From: Ginglymostoma cirratum
Taxonomy: Eukaryota
Length of the DNA stretch: 64,000 nucleotides
Direction of reading: 5' to 3'
NCBI GenBank assembly: GCA_024137785.1
Contig: JAHRHZ010000140.1
Coordinates: 20,944,783 to 21,008,782, forward strand
Below the pieces are notes generated by a model. The model was not told the origin of the DNA. It did not search any database and worked only from the letters and a program-made list of their open reading frames with translations. Shown here in pieces: positions 40,815 to 53,725 of this stretch (within the stretch, counting starts at the first letter, position 1; each line of letters opens with the position of its first letter). Position numbers and translations under genes: made by a program.

Positions 40815-40919
40815 AGGCTATACAGAGAAGATGGAGAAAATGTAAAACATCACTACACGCTGACAAAGGACCTCCCAGAATTTCTGCAAGCTAAAACTAA
40901 TGCTATGAATATCAGCGAG
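40815..40919 (+). CDS. NRAP: NRAP exon, SR3, 35 aa
   Basis: cag|RLYREDGENVKHHYTLTKDLPEFLQAKTNAMNISE|gtgaga. Confidence 0.94.
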
Positions 40920-41469
40920 GTGAGACTCTGAAGAGAGTCTGTAGCTGTCATTATGTAACATTGGGTGGCTCGTTGATCTGAGAGCATTTACACTGTTATT
41001 ACTTGCTCCTGATTAATGTTACAGTAACTTTTTTAACAGCACCAAACATTTGATACATTCAAACTTAACATGAGATTGTAAAACAAATATTCTTCAACGG
41101 GCCAAAGTTCAAAATGGATTTAAGGATCAGCTTGTTGATCTACTCATAACTGTGTCACTAGCTTAGTTCATATAAACTAATAACAACATATCAGAGTAGA
41201 ATGAATGGTTCAATGCAAGTTGTTCTAATGGTAAGATTTGCGAATCATGTCTTATCTGTAGCCCTTGTGAGGAAAATCAGTGATGTGCAAGAGGCCAGAA
41301 ATGGAGAAATGCAGAATTCTTGGAAGATTGTGGGGCTGGAAGAGATTACAAGGATAGGGAAAGGCAAAGATGTGCACGCTTTTGAAAACAGCAGTGGGAA
41401 ATTTAGAATTTGAGGCCTTGAGGGATGGTAGCCAGTTTAGCTCAATAAACACAAGGATAAATATGACCA

Positions 41470-41565
41470 GGATAACAAGCATGGGGCTGGATGAACACAG
41501 CAGGTCAAGCAGCATCATAGGAGCAGGAAAACTTGACGTTTCGGGCCTAAACCCTTCATCAGAAA
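41470..41565 (-). mobile_element. Penelope-like short insertion with intact hammerhead core
   Basis: Homologous to 33400-33488 and 58945-59044; flanked by 14-bp inverted repeats. Confidence 0.8.
41535..41562 (-). ncRNA. Minimal type-I hammerhead ribozyme core (antisense)
   Basis: CUGAUGA-A-GGGU-uuag-GCCC-GAAA-CGUC; stem I AUUU/AAGU. Confidence 0.7.
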
Positions 41566-43009
41566 TGGTCATATTTATCAGAGATCAGTGCAAGTTATGT
41601 AATGGCAACAGAACTTTTGATGAGGTCAAGTTAATTGCAGATGTAATAGGCAGGCGGTGGCATTGTGATAATTTCACCAGGGCCCCAGACTAATCTCTGT
41701 TGACATATCCTGTTTAAATCCTGTCATGGCAGCTGATGATATATTTAGCAAGTCACTCAGTTTAAGGGCATTTAGGGAAGAGCCACAGGCACCCATGTTC
41801 CATGGAAGAAGTTAGAACTAATGCTTTGGAGATGTGGGTTCAAATATTATAGTTAAAATAAAAGAAAGGGCTTTTGGTGCTGTAACAGTAGCATCTCAAC
41901 CTTTAAGTTGGGAGCTGCAGGTTTAAGTCTTGTATAGAGTTCCTGAGACTAAGTTTGAAAAGAGAACTAATTAACCAGTAAGCAGAGGCAATGTTAGGGA
42001 AATAAAATGGAGGGTATTAGGCTGGAAATGAGCTTGGGGAGTGTTTCAGCTTCTAAAGTTATTAAACATTCGAAGGTATTTCACAGGAGTTTTATCAGGA
42101 TTCGTTGTCACAAAATTGGCAGTCTATTTCAGAGGAATGACTAAAGAGCTGAATTGAGAGTTGAAAGAATGTCGTATTTATTGATTGGAGCAGGATGTGT
42201 TTTCTTACTGAGATTCAGGCAGAGTAGAGGAAGTTTCACTCAGCATCTTGGATATGTAGGCCAGCTGCAGATAATGGCAAATGGAAAGTCTCCCATTTGG
42301 CAACACTTACATTTCTTACTTGACAAGCAGAAGATTTGCGAAAAGAAATATATTTTTAAAAATCATATGCATCCTCGAGTGAATCAATTTGCACTGGTGC
42401 AGAAGCGCAGGTGCACTAAAAAACTACTTGATCCCAGCTGCAGGACTGTAAAGGACAACAAATATTGAATGGCTTAAAAAAATGAACATAAAATTTTTTT
42501 GGCACAAGGTTCAAAGTGTGGTGAGAAGCAATAACTTGATTGTAGGCAAATTATCGTTTTCTCTGTTTTTACTGATTAGCTTGTTAGAAATTACTTCTTT
42601 TAATACATTGCCTTTATGCAGCTCCTCATTGGATAACTACATTCTCATTGGATCTATTTTGTTTGGATTTAATTTAATCTGAAATTGTAGTTGTGAGAAA
42701 TATTTTAAGCTGAAATTATTTTCAGTGATAGCTAAATGAAAGAAAATGAGCAAGAAACTACATATTGCAAGTTTGCCAGGTCTTGGTTTACCCTAATAAA
42801 AAGTTCACTTAGACACAATGGTAATATTTCATATAGGTGATGTGGGCCTTGCTAGCTAAGCAGCCAGTGAAAGTCCTGCCTTGCCTTTTGGTGAGAAGAC
42901 CCACTGCATTAATTGCCAGTCAGGCACTTACCTGCGTGACAAAGGGCCTACTCCCTGTCCAGGGCTGCAGATGCCACACGATCTGACGACTGTCACTCAG
43001 ATGTTAGCA

Positions 43010-43292
43010 TCTCTGTGTGCAGTTTGCGCATTCTCCTTGTGTCTTCATGGCTTTCCTCCAGGTGCTCCAGTTTCCTCCCACAGTTTAAACATGTGTGGGT
43101 TAGATGCATTGGCCATGTTAAATTGCCCATAGTGACCAGGGATGTTCTGGCTAGGTGGATTAGCCACTGGAAATGCAGGGTTACTGGGATAGGATAAGGG
43201 AGTGGGTCTGGGTGGGATGCTCTTTGGAGGGTCAGTGTAGACTCGGTGGGCTGAATGGCCTGCTTCGACGTTGTAGTCTGTTCTATTCTATT
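43010..43292 (+). mobile_element. HE1-like V-SINE lacking its head
   Basis: V-domain gtttgcgcattctcc...ggtgctccagtttcctccca plus tail. Confidence 0.85.
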
Positions 43293-44182
43293 TCTCACCA
43301 GAGCCACAGATGGGTGGGGGGAGAGGGAGGATGAGTGTGGTGGGGAAGAGGTGGTAGCTGCTGCTGGTTAGACACCAAAACAAGGCCCACAATTACCAAA
43401 ACAACCCAGGTCATGGACGAGTGATGGTAGGAGAGGGATCTTGGGGCAAGGGTTGCAATAAAGGAGACAGGGTGGTAGCAGCAAGACGTGGGGGTGGAGT
43501 GAGGGGTGTTTGCCTCTTGGGGGGGGGAACCCCACTTTCCTTCAACCAGACGCCCAGTACCTTGGAATGGGGGACCTCCGTCCCAGGCCCAGATGTCCTC
43601 AAGCAGCCCTGACAGGACCTTTTGCCTCCTTTTGGGCTTCTCACACGGTGAGACCCCTCCACTCTCACCAGCCCGTGAGTAACCGTGAGACCCTTAAGCC
43701 ATGAATGAATAGTTGGTATAACAGTCCAATTCTCAACACGCTTCAAACTAAATTAGAGAACAGATAAAACATCTACAGCACTGCTGGGGGGGATGGGGGC
43801 TTGTACAGGATGGTCTGCAGCTACACCCACACTGAGGCAGGTTAGGAGGGCTTTGAGATGTCTGAGAGACCATGCCCCACCCTGAGTTGCCATTGGGTGC
43901 CCACCGCTGAACATATAAAGTGGTCCTGGGCATTGCAGGGTACCAAAGACTGACTGGAAAAAAATCCCTGTCAGCTTCTTGCAAGGTGCTTATTTGATAA
44001 ATGGTTGTCAACCAAATGGGGGCAGGTATTCCAGGCAGTCATGAGCCCACCTCAACCTACAAAACCTCCCAGTTTGCTGAACGGCTACTTCTGTGCTGTG
44101 AGCCTCTATGAAATTAGAATTGTAAATGAAGCAATGGAATTGCGTCAGACACTTATTCCCGAAATTGTTTGTTGTTTCAAAG

Positions 44183-44290
44183 ATCCGCTACAGGGAGTCG
44201 TGGTCAAAATTACGGGATGGTGGTTATAAACTGCTTTTCGATGCAATTCCAGTCCAAGCTGCCAAAGCTTCCAGAGAAATTATTAGTGAT
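44183..44290 (+). CDS. NRAP: NRAP exon, SR3, 36 aa
   Basis: aag|IRYRESWSKLRDGGYKLLFDAIPVQAAKASREIISD|gtaagt. Confidence 0.94.
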
Positions 44291-45284
44291 GTAAGTATCA
44301 CTTCAAATAACTGCTCTGGAAATGATTGAAGTTCATATCTGGCTGAGGTGTAAATTGGGTGGAATTAAACCGTTTTTGTACTATTTTGAGTCATTGCTAA
44401 TCAAAGGCTGTTGATTGAACTATAGGAATTGAGCAATCTTAGGCATAGATTCTAGGTAAATTCCAGTTGTCTTTTCAAACTTACATTTTGAAGTCGTTAA
44501 AAAGATTTTTCTCTTGCTTGTTTGTCAGAGTTGATTATGTCAAGGTAACGGCTTGTTTTGGAACATTCTACTGACCTCCTAATACTGCATTTCTGTCATT
44601 ACGTGAATAATTATCATGTTTATTTTGATGTGACTGATTAACACACCAGAATGCAAAATGGAACTGTGTGTCAAATTGCAGATATCATAGGCTAAATAAC
44701 ATGCTTCTTACCAGTCACCAAGAAAGATTGCTTTTGATATTTTAATGAAGTCCACTTCTGGTTAAAATAAATCCATTCCCTAAGTTAGCCACTTTTGGTA
44801 TATGTTTCTTTCCTGCATTAAATTCCTTTCAGTCTTCATAGTTCACTTAACATTTGAAACAAGTTATTGAGGCCTTTGGCAGCACTTTGTAACCTCATTG
44901 GAATTTAATTTAAAACTCTGACATGTTTGACAGTATCTCCATGGGGACTTCAAACTCCTCTAAGATTTTTGGAAGTCACAGAACTTTCCAACTTAACAGA
45001 GCTGATTTCATTTTTAAATATTTCAGTATCCGTCCCTCAGAAATGCTATAATATTAACTCTATCTTCTGCAGTACCATTGTAGAGAGCCACAGAATTATG
45101 CAGAAAATGATTACTATTAATTAAAGTTATTATCTGGTCAAATCAAGGTAAAATTAGAGTTCAGAGTACTCACCTGATCTGTATATTACCTTGATATATT
45201 TTGAAAACTACTCTAGCCTTGAGTATTTGCTTTTAGATTTGCATTTCTTTTAAAATTTGCATTTATCACACTACTTATTTTTCT

Positions 45285-45600
45285 GCTCTTGGGATGTAGG
45301 CGCCATTGCCAAGGCCAACCTTTTTGGCCATTCCTGGATGTCATTCAGAAGGTGACAGGCAATCTTTGTGAGCCAATACAATCCATGTTTTGAAATTCTC
45401 CTAAACTGCTGTAAGGTAGATATTTGCAAGGTAGTGATCATTGAAGGAATGGTGTTGATGTATGTTCATGTAGGGATTGATATGACATGGCAGGAAACGT
45501 GGAGGTGATGGTGTTCCCAAGCAGTTATAGCCCTTGCCTATAGGTTCAGGATGAGCTGCCAAAGAAAACTTTGAGAATCGGTGCACTGCTGTACAGGTGA
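45285..45600 (-). mobile_element. Degenerate CR1/L2-superfamily 3' fragment
   Basis: gggatgtaggcgccattgcc...ggaggtgatggtgttccc, similar to the 3105 and 13620 copies. Confidence 0.6.
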
Positions 45601-46377
45601 ACATACAGAAAGAAAAGTTGTGAACTATATGTACAGCATGACATCACATTTTGGTCATCTTTAGAGATTTAAATTTGTCATTTTTATATTGAGCTTTGGT
45701 TAATCTGAGAGTAGAGTGTCTCAAATACTTCATTTAGCCATCAAGCTACTCGTGTCTAGCAGAGAATGTTTTTGTGTAAAATGTAAGTGCCAGGCTATCC
45801 TCTGATAACCGTGGTACCTTAATTGTCCCGGTTATTCTTATTGCTTGCCCCTCAGCAACACTTCTGATGGTAACACTCTAAAGGCTACTAACTCCATAGC
45901 AATGGGCTGTATCCACCTCCAGAACCCACAATTGTCTGTAACTGGAAGGCAAATGGAGGTGGCTTTGCAATTGGCCAGCTCACATTAGATCGCATTTGGT
46001 AGACTTGCCACTGCTGCAAGTGAGGGCAGGATCCAAAAATATTTTTCAAGTCAGGACAATTCGTCCTGAATTGTTCAACCTTTTAAAACAATGGTTCGGT
46101 TGTATGTTGTTAATTTTGAAATGTTTCATGCACTATTTGAAATCCCTCTTACAATTATTTTTCCACAATGTTAGGTGACTTATTTTAGTAAAATCCTACT
46201 AATGCCCCTGCTAAAATAATGGCAACAGAAATTTCAGATAAACATATTATGTACAACTGTCTCCTGGGATCACTGAAGCATGTCCTTTTAGTAAAATGAA
46301 GTATTTTACTAGCTCTGTGAAACAAAATTGTAATATTTCCTTGATCTTTGCCTCCTAACATGTGGTTTCTATCACAG

Positions 46378-46491
46378 TACAAATACAAAGAAGCATTCGA
46401 GAAGGCCAAAGGTCAGATGGTTGGAATACAAAAACTGGAAGATGATCTGAACATTTCTCATTCCGTTCATGCAGCCAGGCTCAATAGTGAT
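46378..46491 (+). CDS. NRAP: NRAP exon, SR3, 38 aa
   Basis: cag|YKYKEAFEKAKGQMVGIQKLEDDLNISHSVHAARLNSD|gtacgt. Confidence 0.93.
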
Positions 46492-47360
46492 GTACGTAGG
46501 AAAAGAACTTTAAATTGTTTTGAATTCATGTATTTTCAATCAAACGTGTAGTGTTGTCTATCATATAGCCAAGGCTGGAAGCTGTGTGGGGAAGCTATAC
46601 GATGTCATGACATCAATATTGTGCAAAATAAGACAAGAGTACAAGTTATTGCAGGATCCCATTTCATAATTCAGATTGTACTTCTGCTTTTGATCTAAAG
46701 TTGTCTGATATTGAAAGAAGTCATGGAGTTAACCATGTGCCTATAATCTTATACCAAGCAGCACTCAGTCATTGATCATCACTATAATTTTCTGAAACCA
46801 GTTGCATACTAAGCATGATGCATTTTAAATGTTTCTATTCAACACAAGCTCATTGGGAATAATGCCATGCAAGACCTTTATGTTTAGGTCATTGAATATT
46901 TCCACCCTGGCGTTCTTCTCTATCCCAGATCTAAGGGAGTTACAATTTCAAAGTTCATCATTAAGCTCTTCAATGTCTGGGCATGAATCAATGGAGGAAG
47001 AGAAGAATAAGGTGGAAGTCTTGGATACTGCCAGTCCTGCCTGTATTCTTGTGAAGACTTTACCTATTGTCCCTATTACAGGCCCAGCTCCTGATCCGTC
47101 TCTTTGGGGAAAGCCCAGTATTCTTGGAATAACATAATGGAGATGAAGACCAAACCTCATGAGTCTCCTTCCCCTTTCCCTTTACATAGTGCCTGAGAAT
47201 TAAATGTCTTATAACCTGTATTAAAATGAAATATCATTGTTGTAGAATTATTAATATATTGAGAACAAAAAATGTTCTGCATTATTATTTTTGTTAACAA
47301 ACATGCCTTTCATGAAAAATGTTTGTGAGTTGTCATTATTGCTTTCTGCTTTTAAACTAG

Positions 47361-47558
47361 TTGATGTACAGAAAAGATTTTGAGGAGACAAAGACTAACC
47401 TCCATCTACCTATGGATATGGTGAACCTTGTCCATGCTAAGAAAGCCCAAGCTTTAGCCAGTGACCAGAACTACAGACATGCCATCCATCATTATACGAC
47501 ACTACCCAATGACTTGAGAATGCAGTGGGCAAAGCATGCCTATGATCTACAGAGCGAG
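47361..47558 (+). CDS. NRAP: NRAP exon, SR3, 66 aa (two modules)
   Basis: tag|LMYRKDFEETKTNLHLPMDMVN...QWAKHAYDLQSE|gtaact. Confidence 0.94.
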
Positions 47559-48445
47559 GTAACTTTACAGTCACACTTTTCACTTTTTCTTTTATTGACA
47601 TTTCTCCCATTTTCATGATTCTCTTCTGAAGCACTGCATCGAGCTGTGGTGTAGGTTCATGGGTGTAGGCTGTCCTCTGAAGTATTGCCCAGATTATTTC
47701 TTTCTTATGTAAGCCTTTTTATCAAGTGGAAGTTGAGACCAGTTCTTTGCTAACTTTACCTGCATACATAGGTAGTTTCTCTGGCAAGCAATGGTTGGTG
47801 ACTGAGAACTGTAAAGCTCAATGATTTTTGTCCCTCCCTCTATAAAGCTGTAGTTACTGATTCAGGTGGGATTAATAGGCAAAGCTATAGTGGGAATTTT
47901 AACCACAGGCCTTTTGAATCTATACGCCAGCATGCTAAAACTGAAGAACTTAGTCTTTTATCTTGTAAAGTTTCCAACTCTGTTCACCATTTTATTAAAG
48001 CCTTAGCAAATAAATAGAAAATGTCTGACTACTGTTCATAGAAATTTGTAACACGCCTTAGAAAAGCACGAAACAAATAGAAGAACTGGAAGTAGGTAAA
48101 TTCATGAACTCCTTAAGATTATTTCCGCCTATGAATATAAAGCAATTTAGTGTTTGGTTGTTCCAGAGAACAGAGGCTTGCTGGAATTTGTAGGGGCAGA
48201 GCCTGTAATATTCTGATTCCAGAAGATAAGGTCACTGAATCGCAGAATTATCCCCCTGTACATTCACTGCTCTCAGGAGGGTAGCAACGATGTAAAGGCA
48301 TGGTTAAACAATATTCTTTTTCAAAATGTATAACTGCTGAGAAGCTACTGAATCTTGATTTACTAGTCATCCTATAATTTATTGAACGTATCATTTAGTA
48401 CACAGTGATAATGATCTTTATTAATAGTCTGCCTTATTTTAATAG

Positions 48446-48550
48446 AACCTTTACAGATCTGACCTAAATTTCATGAGAGGAGTGGCTTGGATTTCAACAG
48501 GGGCTTTGGGAATTGAAGGAGTGAAGAGAGCAACTGCCCTCATCAGTGAG
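48446..48550 (+). CDS. NRAP: NRAP exon, SR3, 35 aa, FMRGVAW motif
   Basis: tag|NLYRSDLNFMRGVAWISTGALGIEGVKRATALISE|gtgggc. Confidence 0.93.
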
Positions 48551-49573
48551 GTGGGCCATTTTTTTTATGGGGCCAGTTTTGTTTGCAGTACATGACATGT
48601 ACTCTCCCTGTTATTTTTGCCATGTCACCACATTCAGTAATTCACTTTCACGTGGAGTTAAAACAAATATGTTTGGGCAGAATTGAGTATCGTGTTATGA
48701 TTTTTCGAATGTGTTCTCCCAAGGAGAATTGGTTGAAACAAGAGTGACGTTTTTAAAGAAAAGTCAAACAATTTGCCCTTGAAAGAAAAATTAATTCAAG
48801 CATTCCCAAAAGGTTTTGGTTAATGAGTTTCTCGTGAAATAATATCCTCAAAGACTTCTTAGTTGTATCTGGGACTGGAATCACATGCATTATGTGCACC
48901 ACTGCCCTTCTAGATTGACCCATCTAGATTTATTCAGGTCTGTAGATGAGTTGTTAAATATATATCGGTTAGCAGTCACCAAAACATTTCAGGCTGCTCT
49001 CTGTCTGTCTTCCTGATGCATGTGGAAGCATTGGCATCTGATCAACTTGTTGGTGGTGGTTGGCGAGGGTGACAGGTGTCAACTCCAATATAGGTTCAAC
49101 TATAAAGTATCATGTGTAAGGGATGTAATGCAAACATTAAAAACAACTAATCCTTAAAGCCCTTCTGGAAGCTGGTATGTCACTCTCACTGGGGATGCCA
49201 CCCCCCAGTCTTATACCAAAATTCTGAATGACAGGGAATCTGTTGTCCTTGATAACCCATCGCCTCAGCCCTTGTCTCAACCTGGTTCCACTCCTAAGCA
49301 TCATTGGCATTTTATATATTGCACCGTACTCCCAACAAAAGTTTCCTGCATAACCCAGGAGCTGCATATCTGGGTCCTGACCAGGTTTTTGTATCCTAAT
49401 ATTTAGCCTATCTGTGTTGTCAATTTTAATTAATAATTGTGATTTTGAACAGCTGGTCTTGTAATAACAGTGTGTGGTTGGACTGCAGCAATGTGTTGAT
49501 ACAGTGGCAGAGAGTGGAATTAGGGAGTGGTTGAAATGCAATAAATGATTGCTTTCTGTTCTTTTTTTTTCAG

Positions 49574-49672
49574 AAGAAATATCGACAACATCCATATTCA
49601 CTAAGGTTTACGCAGGTGACAGATTCGCCTGACTTGACTCGCGCAAAATTGAGCAACATCATCGCCAATGAG
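49574..49672 (+). CDS. NRAP: NRAP exon, SR4, 33 aa
   Basis: cag|KKYRQHPYSLRFTQVTDSPDLTRAKLSNIIANE|gtatgt. Confidence 0.93.
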
Positions 49673-50447
49673 GTATGTTGATTTCTGGAACTTGATGGAA
49701 TTTCACTGTGGAAACCTCAGACCTAGAGAATCACAGAGAGACTCCTGTGGCATTTCCTCTCAAAACACTACTGCTTTCCAAACCAGAAATGGATGGCAAC
49801 AGCTGGTCAAACCTGGTTGCTGTGTTTTAAAAATAATCTTTATTATTGCCATTATGGCTGAATGAGTCAACCTTTCTTTATCTTCAAATTGAGGTGTTCT
49901 AGCAATTAATATTTCCTGAATCACTGTCTTAGCAGTGTATCAATGTTAAGATTGGCCCTATGACATGGGCAAACAGGAACAGAGATCTGAGATTGGTGGA
50001 GCTATAAAAGAACTCATTGCCTCACAGAATTTTAAATAAAGTGGTCTTTAAAATGTGACACAATGAGTCTTGGGAATCTGAGAACATTGCAGTGGGAGTT
50101 CTATGAACACTGAAGTTGGTTCTGGAATCCAGGTGGAGTAGGGATGTATTAAGGGTATGGTCTAGGTGTTTGAGAAGACTCAGGTAGGATAAGGATTGAG
50201 ATGTGGGGCCTAGTGTTAGGGGTGGTGCTGTGATTTGGCTGCATTGAAGAGAAGATCCTGGAGCAATTGGCATAATCAGAATCTAGAAATCTTGAGAATT
50301 ACTGACCTCTGTAATTATTGGTTGAAGAGGAAGTCTAAAAGAGTCTGTGGAAAGAAAAAAGAACAGACAATCTGCCACAAGAAGTGAAGTGGTTGAACAG
50401 GAAGTGTGCACTAAGTGCAGGACCCTTAATAAGAAATACCATTTATT

Positions 50448-50662
50448 TGACAAAGCGCTGGAGGATCTTAGCAAGTTTCGTAGCATCTGTGGAGAGAAAC
50501 AGAGTTTATTTTTCAAGTCCTGATATGACTCCGCTTCTAAGAAGAGTAACATTATACTCAAGACAATAACTTTGTTTCTCTCTCCACAGTTGCTGAGCGA
50601 CTTGCTGAGTTTTTCCAGCACTTTCTCTTTTCATTTCCAATCTCCAATGTTTGCAATATTCT
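50448..50662. mobile_element. Older fold-back Penelope-like insertion
   Basis: Inverted arms gctggaggatcttagcaagt...ctgtggagagaaacagagt / actttgtttctctctccacag...acttgctgagtttttccagc. Confidence 0.7.
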
Positions 50663-51329
50663 CTGAATCTGTGTATCTTTATATCTTCCTGATGGTGGCT
50701 TGATCTTTCTCTGTTTTTCTGCAAGATTCGTTTGTGCCCTGATGTCTGTACCCTAAGAGGTTTCTATCCCAACCTCACTGATGTTTTCTATCTGTGCCCA
50801 AATTTCTGTATATGACTCCTATTTTCAGTGCCCTCTGAGAAATTTTTCTGCGTCTTAAAGCCATTCAGTCTGTACCCTGCTGTTTCTTTGATTGCTGATC
50901 AGTTCATCTTTCACTGTAATTCTTGTGGGTTGCCAAGGGGTTTTTTTTCTCTGCTGTACTGTCTTTTTATTCTATTTGTGCTTCTATTTATCTTTCCTGA
51001 TGAATGGGAAGGAATGCCAACCAATACCAGCTTGTGGTTAGGATAGTTCATTGCCATCATCCTCTTTCCTTGACTGAATCTAAAGGCCAGTGGTAATGGA
51101 GTCTCTTTAACAAGAGAAGGCTTTTGTCCTAAACATGTAGCTTGTACCTAATAGTCATGATGCAATAAATTGCATCATTAAGATAAAAGACGTAGGATGT
51201 AGGTCTTCACCTTACAGGATCGATGCGCTTAGATCTTCCCATATATAAAGTAGTCAATATTGTGCATGCTATCCTACATGCAGTCTTACAAGTACTACAT
51301 TACCTCCAGACATTGTCTCATTAGTGAAG

Positions 51330-52555
51330 CATAGTTTTGTATTCAAATCTGCTTGTGATAAATGATAACTTTCTATTAGCTTTCCTAATTACTCTGTGTA
51401 TCTACATATTGAGCTTTTGTGATTCATGCACAAAGACAGCCATATCCCTCTGCATTTCGGAGCTCTCAAATCATTCACTGTTAAAATGGCATGCATTTTT
51501 TTCTAGTGTTTCTGCCAAAATGGAAAATTTAAATGCTTCCACATTTTACTCCATTTGCCACATCTTTGCCTTCTCACTTAACCTAACTTTTTTGGTTTTG
51601 TAACTGCCTTGTGTCCTATTCACAACTTACTTTTTATCTACCTTTGTGTCATCAGAATGTTTGGCAACCAGATCATCCATCCCTTCATCATAATCATCTG
51701 CGGCATGGTGGCTCAGTGGTTAGCACTGTTGCCTCACAGCACCAGGGACCCAGGTTTCATTTCGCCCTTGGTCGACTGTGTAAACTCCACACAGACATTC
51801 TCCCTGTGTCAGAGTGGGTTCCCACACGGTGCTCCAGTTTCCTCCTACAGTCCAAAGATGTGCAGCCTAGGTGGATTGGCCATGCTAAACTTCTCATAGT
51901 GTTCAGGGAGGTGTAGATTAGGTGCATTAGCCGTGGGAAAGGTAGAATTATAGGGAAAGGGTAGGGGGATGCTCTTCGGAGGATCAGTGTGGACTTGTTG
52001 GGCTGAATGGCCTGTTTCCACACTGTGGGGATTCTGTTGTTCTATTCTATAATATAATTACATAAATTGTAAACAGTTGAGGTCCTAATACAATCTCGAG
52101 CACTCATTAAATTTTGCAAACATGAAAATGACCCACTTATACCTACTTTCTGCTTCCTATTAGCTTGCCAATCATCCTTCCGTACCTATATACTACATAG
52201 TGAGCTTTTATTTTGCCCAATTATTTTTGATGTGGCATCTTTATCAAATGTCTCTTGGAAATCTAAGTACTTATCCAAGTGCCCTACTATAACTTATTCA
52301 ATTACAACCTCTAACGTTGCCCTATGATAGATGTTATGATTACTGGCCTGTAATTTCCAATTCTCTTTCTCACCTCCTTTTTGAATAAAGAAGTTACATT
52401 TTCTGCCTTCTAATGGTACTGTCCCCAAATCAAGGGATTTTTGGAAAACGAGAACCAATACATCAAGCATCTCTCAAGCTGTTTCTTTAAAGGTCCTGAA
52501 AGAAGGTCCGTCAGGACCTGAATATTTATCAACTCTCAACTTCAGCAATTTATGG
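51330..52555 (-). mobile_element. CR1 RT-domain relic interrupted by a V-SINE
   Basis: Minus-strand CR1-like stretches (tttgtgtcatcagaatgtttgg; ttatcaaatgtctcttggaaatc) on either side of the SINE. Confidence 0.6.
51700..52050 (+). mobile_element. HE1-like V-SINE
   Basis: ggtggctcagtggttagcactg...ccacactgtggggattct. Confidence 0.9.
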
Positions 52556-53421
52556 AGGATGGACGTAAAGCATTGGACTGAGTTTATAGAAAGTATTTTG
52601 GAGAAAAATAGATTAGAGACCAGGGGTAGGAGGCCTGCAACCAGGGCAGAGATGAACTTAAGAATCTATTTGTGAAGGAATAGCAACATGTGGCACACTT
52701 AGGGCAGGTCGAGGAGGGTTGCATGTTTTGGCAAGCTCATGGGAATGAAGGTCAGATTGTAAGTCAGGAGCAATACTGTAAGTGAGTTATTGAAAGGGAA
52801 AATGACAGTAGTTTCTGAGAGCATCAGAAGTCAGAAAAGCCATTCAACACACAATATAAAAGGAAAGTATATCAACAGATAAAATGCAAAAGATAAGTGC
52901 TAAGAGAAAGCCTTTCCCTTGTTAGCATGAGCCTGGCAGGAAGACATCAGCTTTCATTCGTATGCCACTCTGAGAAGGGAGGTTTTCATATTATGTCACC
53001 TCACAGAACCACAAGATGTATCAAGTAGATTATGGAATTTAGAGATCCAACTACTAGTTATATCATATAACAATCATGAATTTGTTAATGAAGTCAATTA
53101 CGTTTCTCAGCAGTTGTTTGCGTATTCGTTTACAAAGTTCTTGATATACAAAGTAAGGGCAAAATTTCAATGGCTCCTTTCTGAAATTGTTGCCTTGTTT
53201 GAATACAGTTGCATAAACTCTTCCAAATCCCAAATGGCTGGCTTTCCCACTAATTGTCATTAACTGTTGAATCCCCTTAGAGTGGAAATGATTACATTTA
53301 TTCTGAAGAGTTGTTTGCTAAATGCTTGTTATTGAGTTCTAAAGTATTTATGTTACTGAATGTTACTAGATAAAGGATTAACATGATGTACAGGTAAATA
53401 TTTTCATTTTTCATTTTTCAG

Positions 53422-53526
53422 CGCCTATATAAAGCTGCAGGAGAAAATGCCCAACATCATTATACTCCAATTGTTGGCTCACCCGAACATATTCGGGCAA
53501 GGATTAATTCATCAAATTTCAGTGAG
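53422..53526 (+). CDS. NRAP: NRAP exon, SR4, 35 aa
   Basis: cag|RLYKAAGENAQHHYTPIVGSPEHIRARINSSNFSE|gtaatg. Confidence 0.93.
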
Positions 53527-53617
53527 GTAATGTTTGTCTCTTCAGAATTGGACTGATTCTCTTTAAATTCTAATTTTCTTTATTTGTTGAATTTTTGTTC
53601 TGCACTTTTCTCTGCAG

Positions 53618-53725
53618 GTGAAGTACAAACAGTCATGGCTCAACCAACAAGCTCTTGGATACAAGCTGACACTCGAAGCCATTCCCTTCCAGAGTGCAAA
53701 AGCTTCCAGGCGAATAGCCAGTGAT
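53618..53725 (+). CDS. NRAP: NRAP exon, SR4, 36 aa
   Basis: cag|VKYKQSWLNQQALGYKLTLEAIPFQSAKASRRIASD|gtaaga. Confidence 0.94.
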
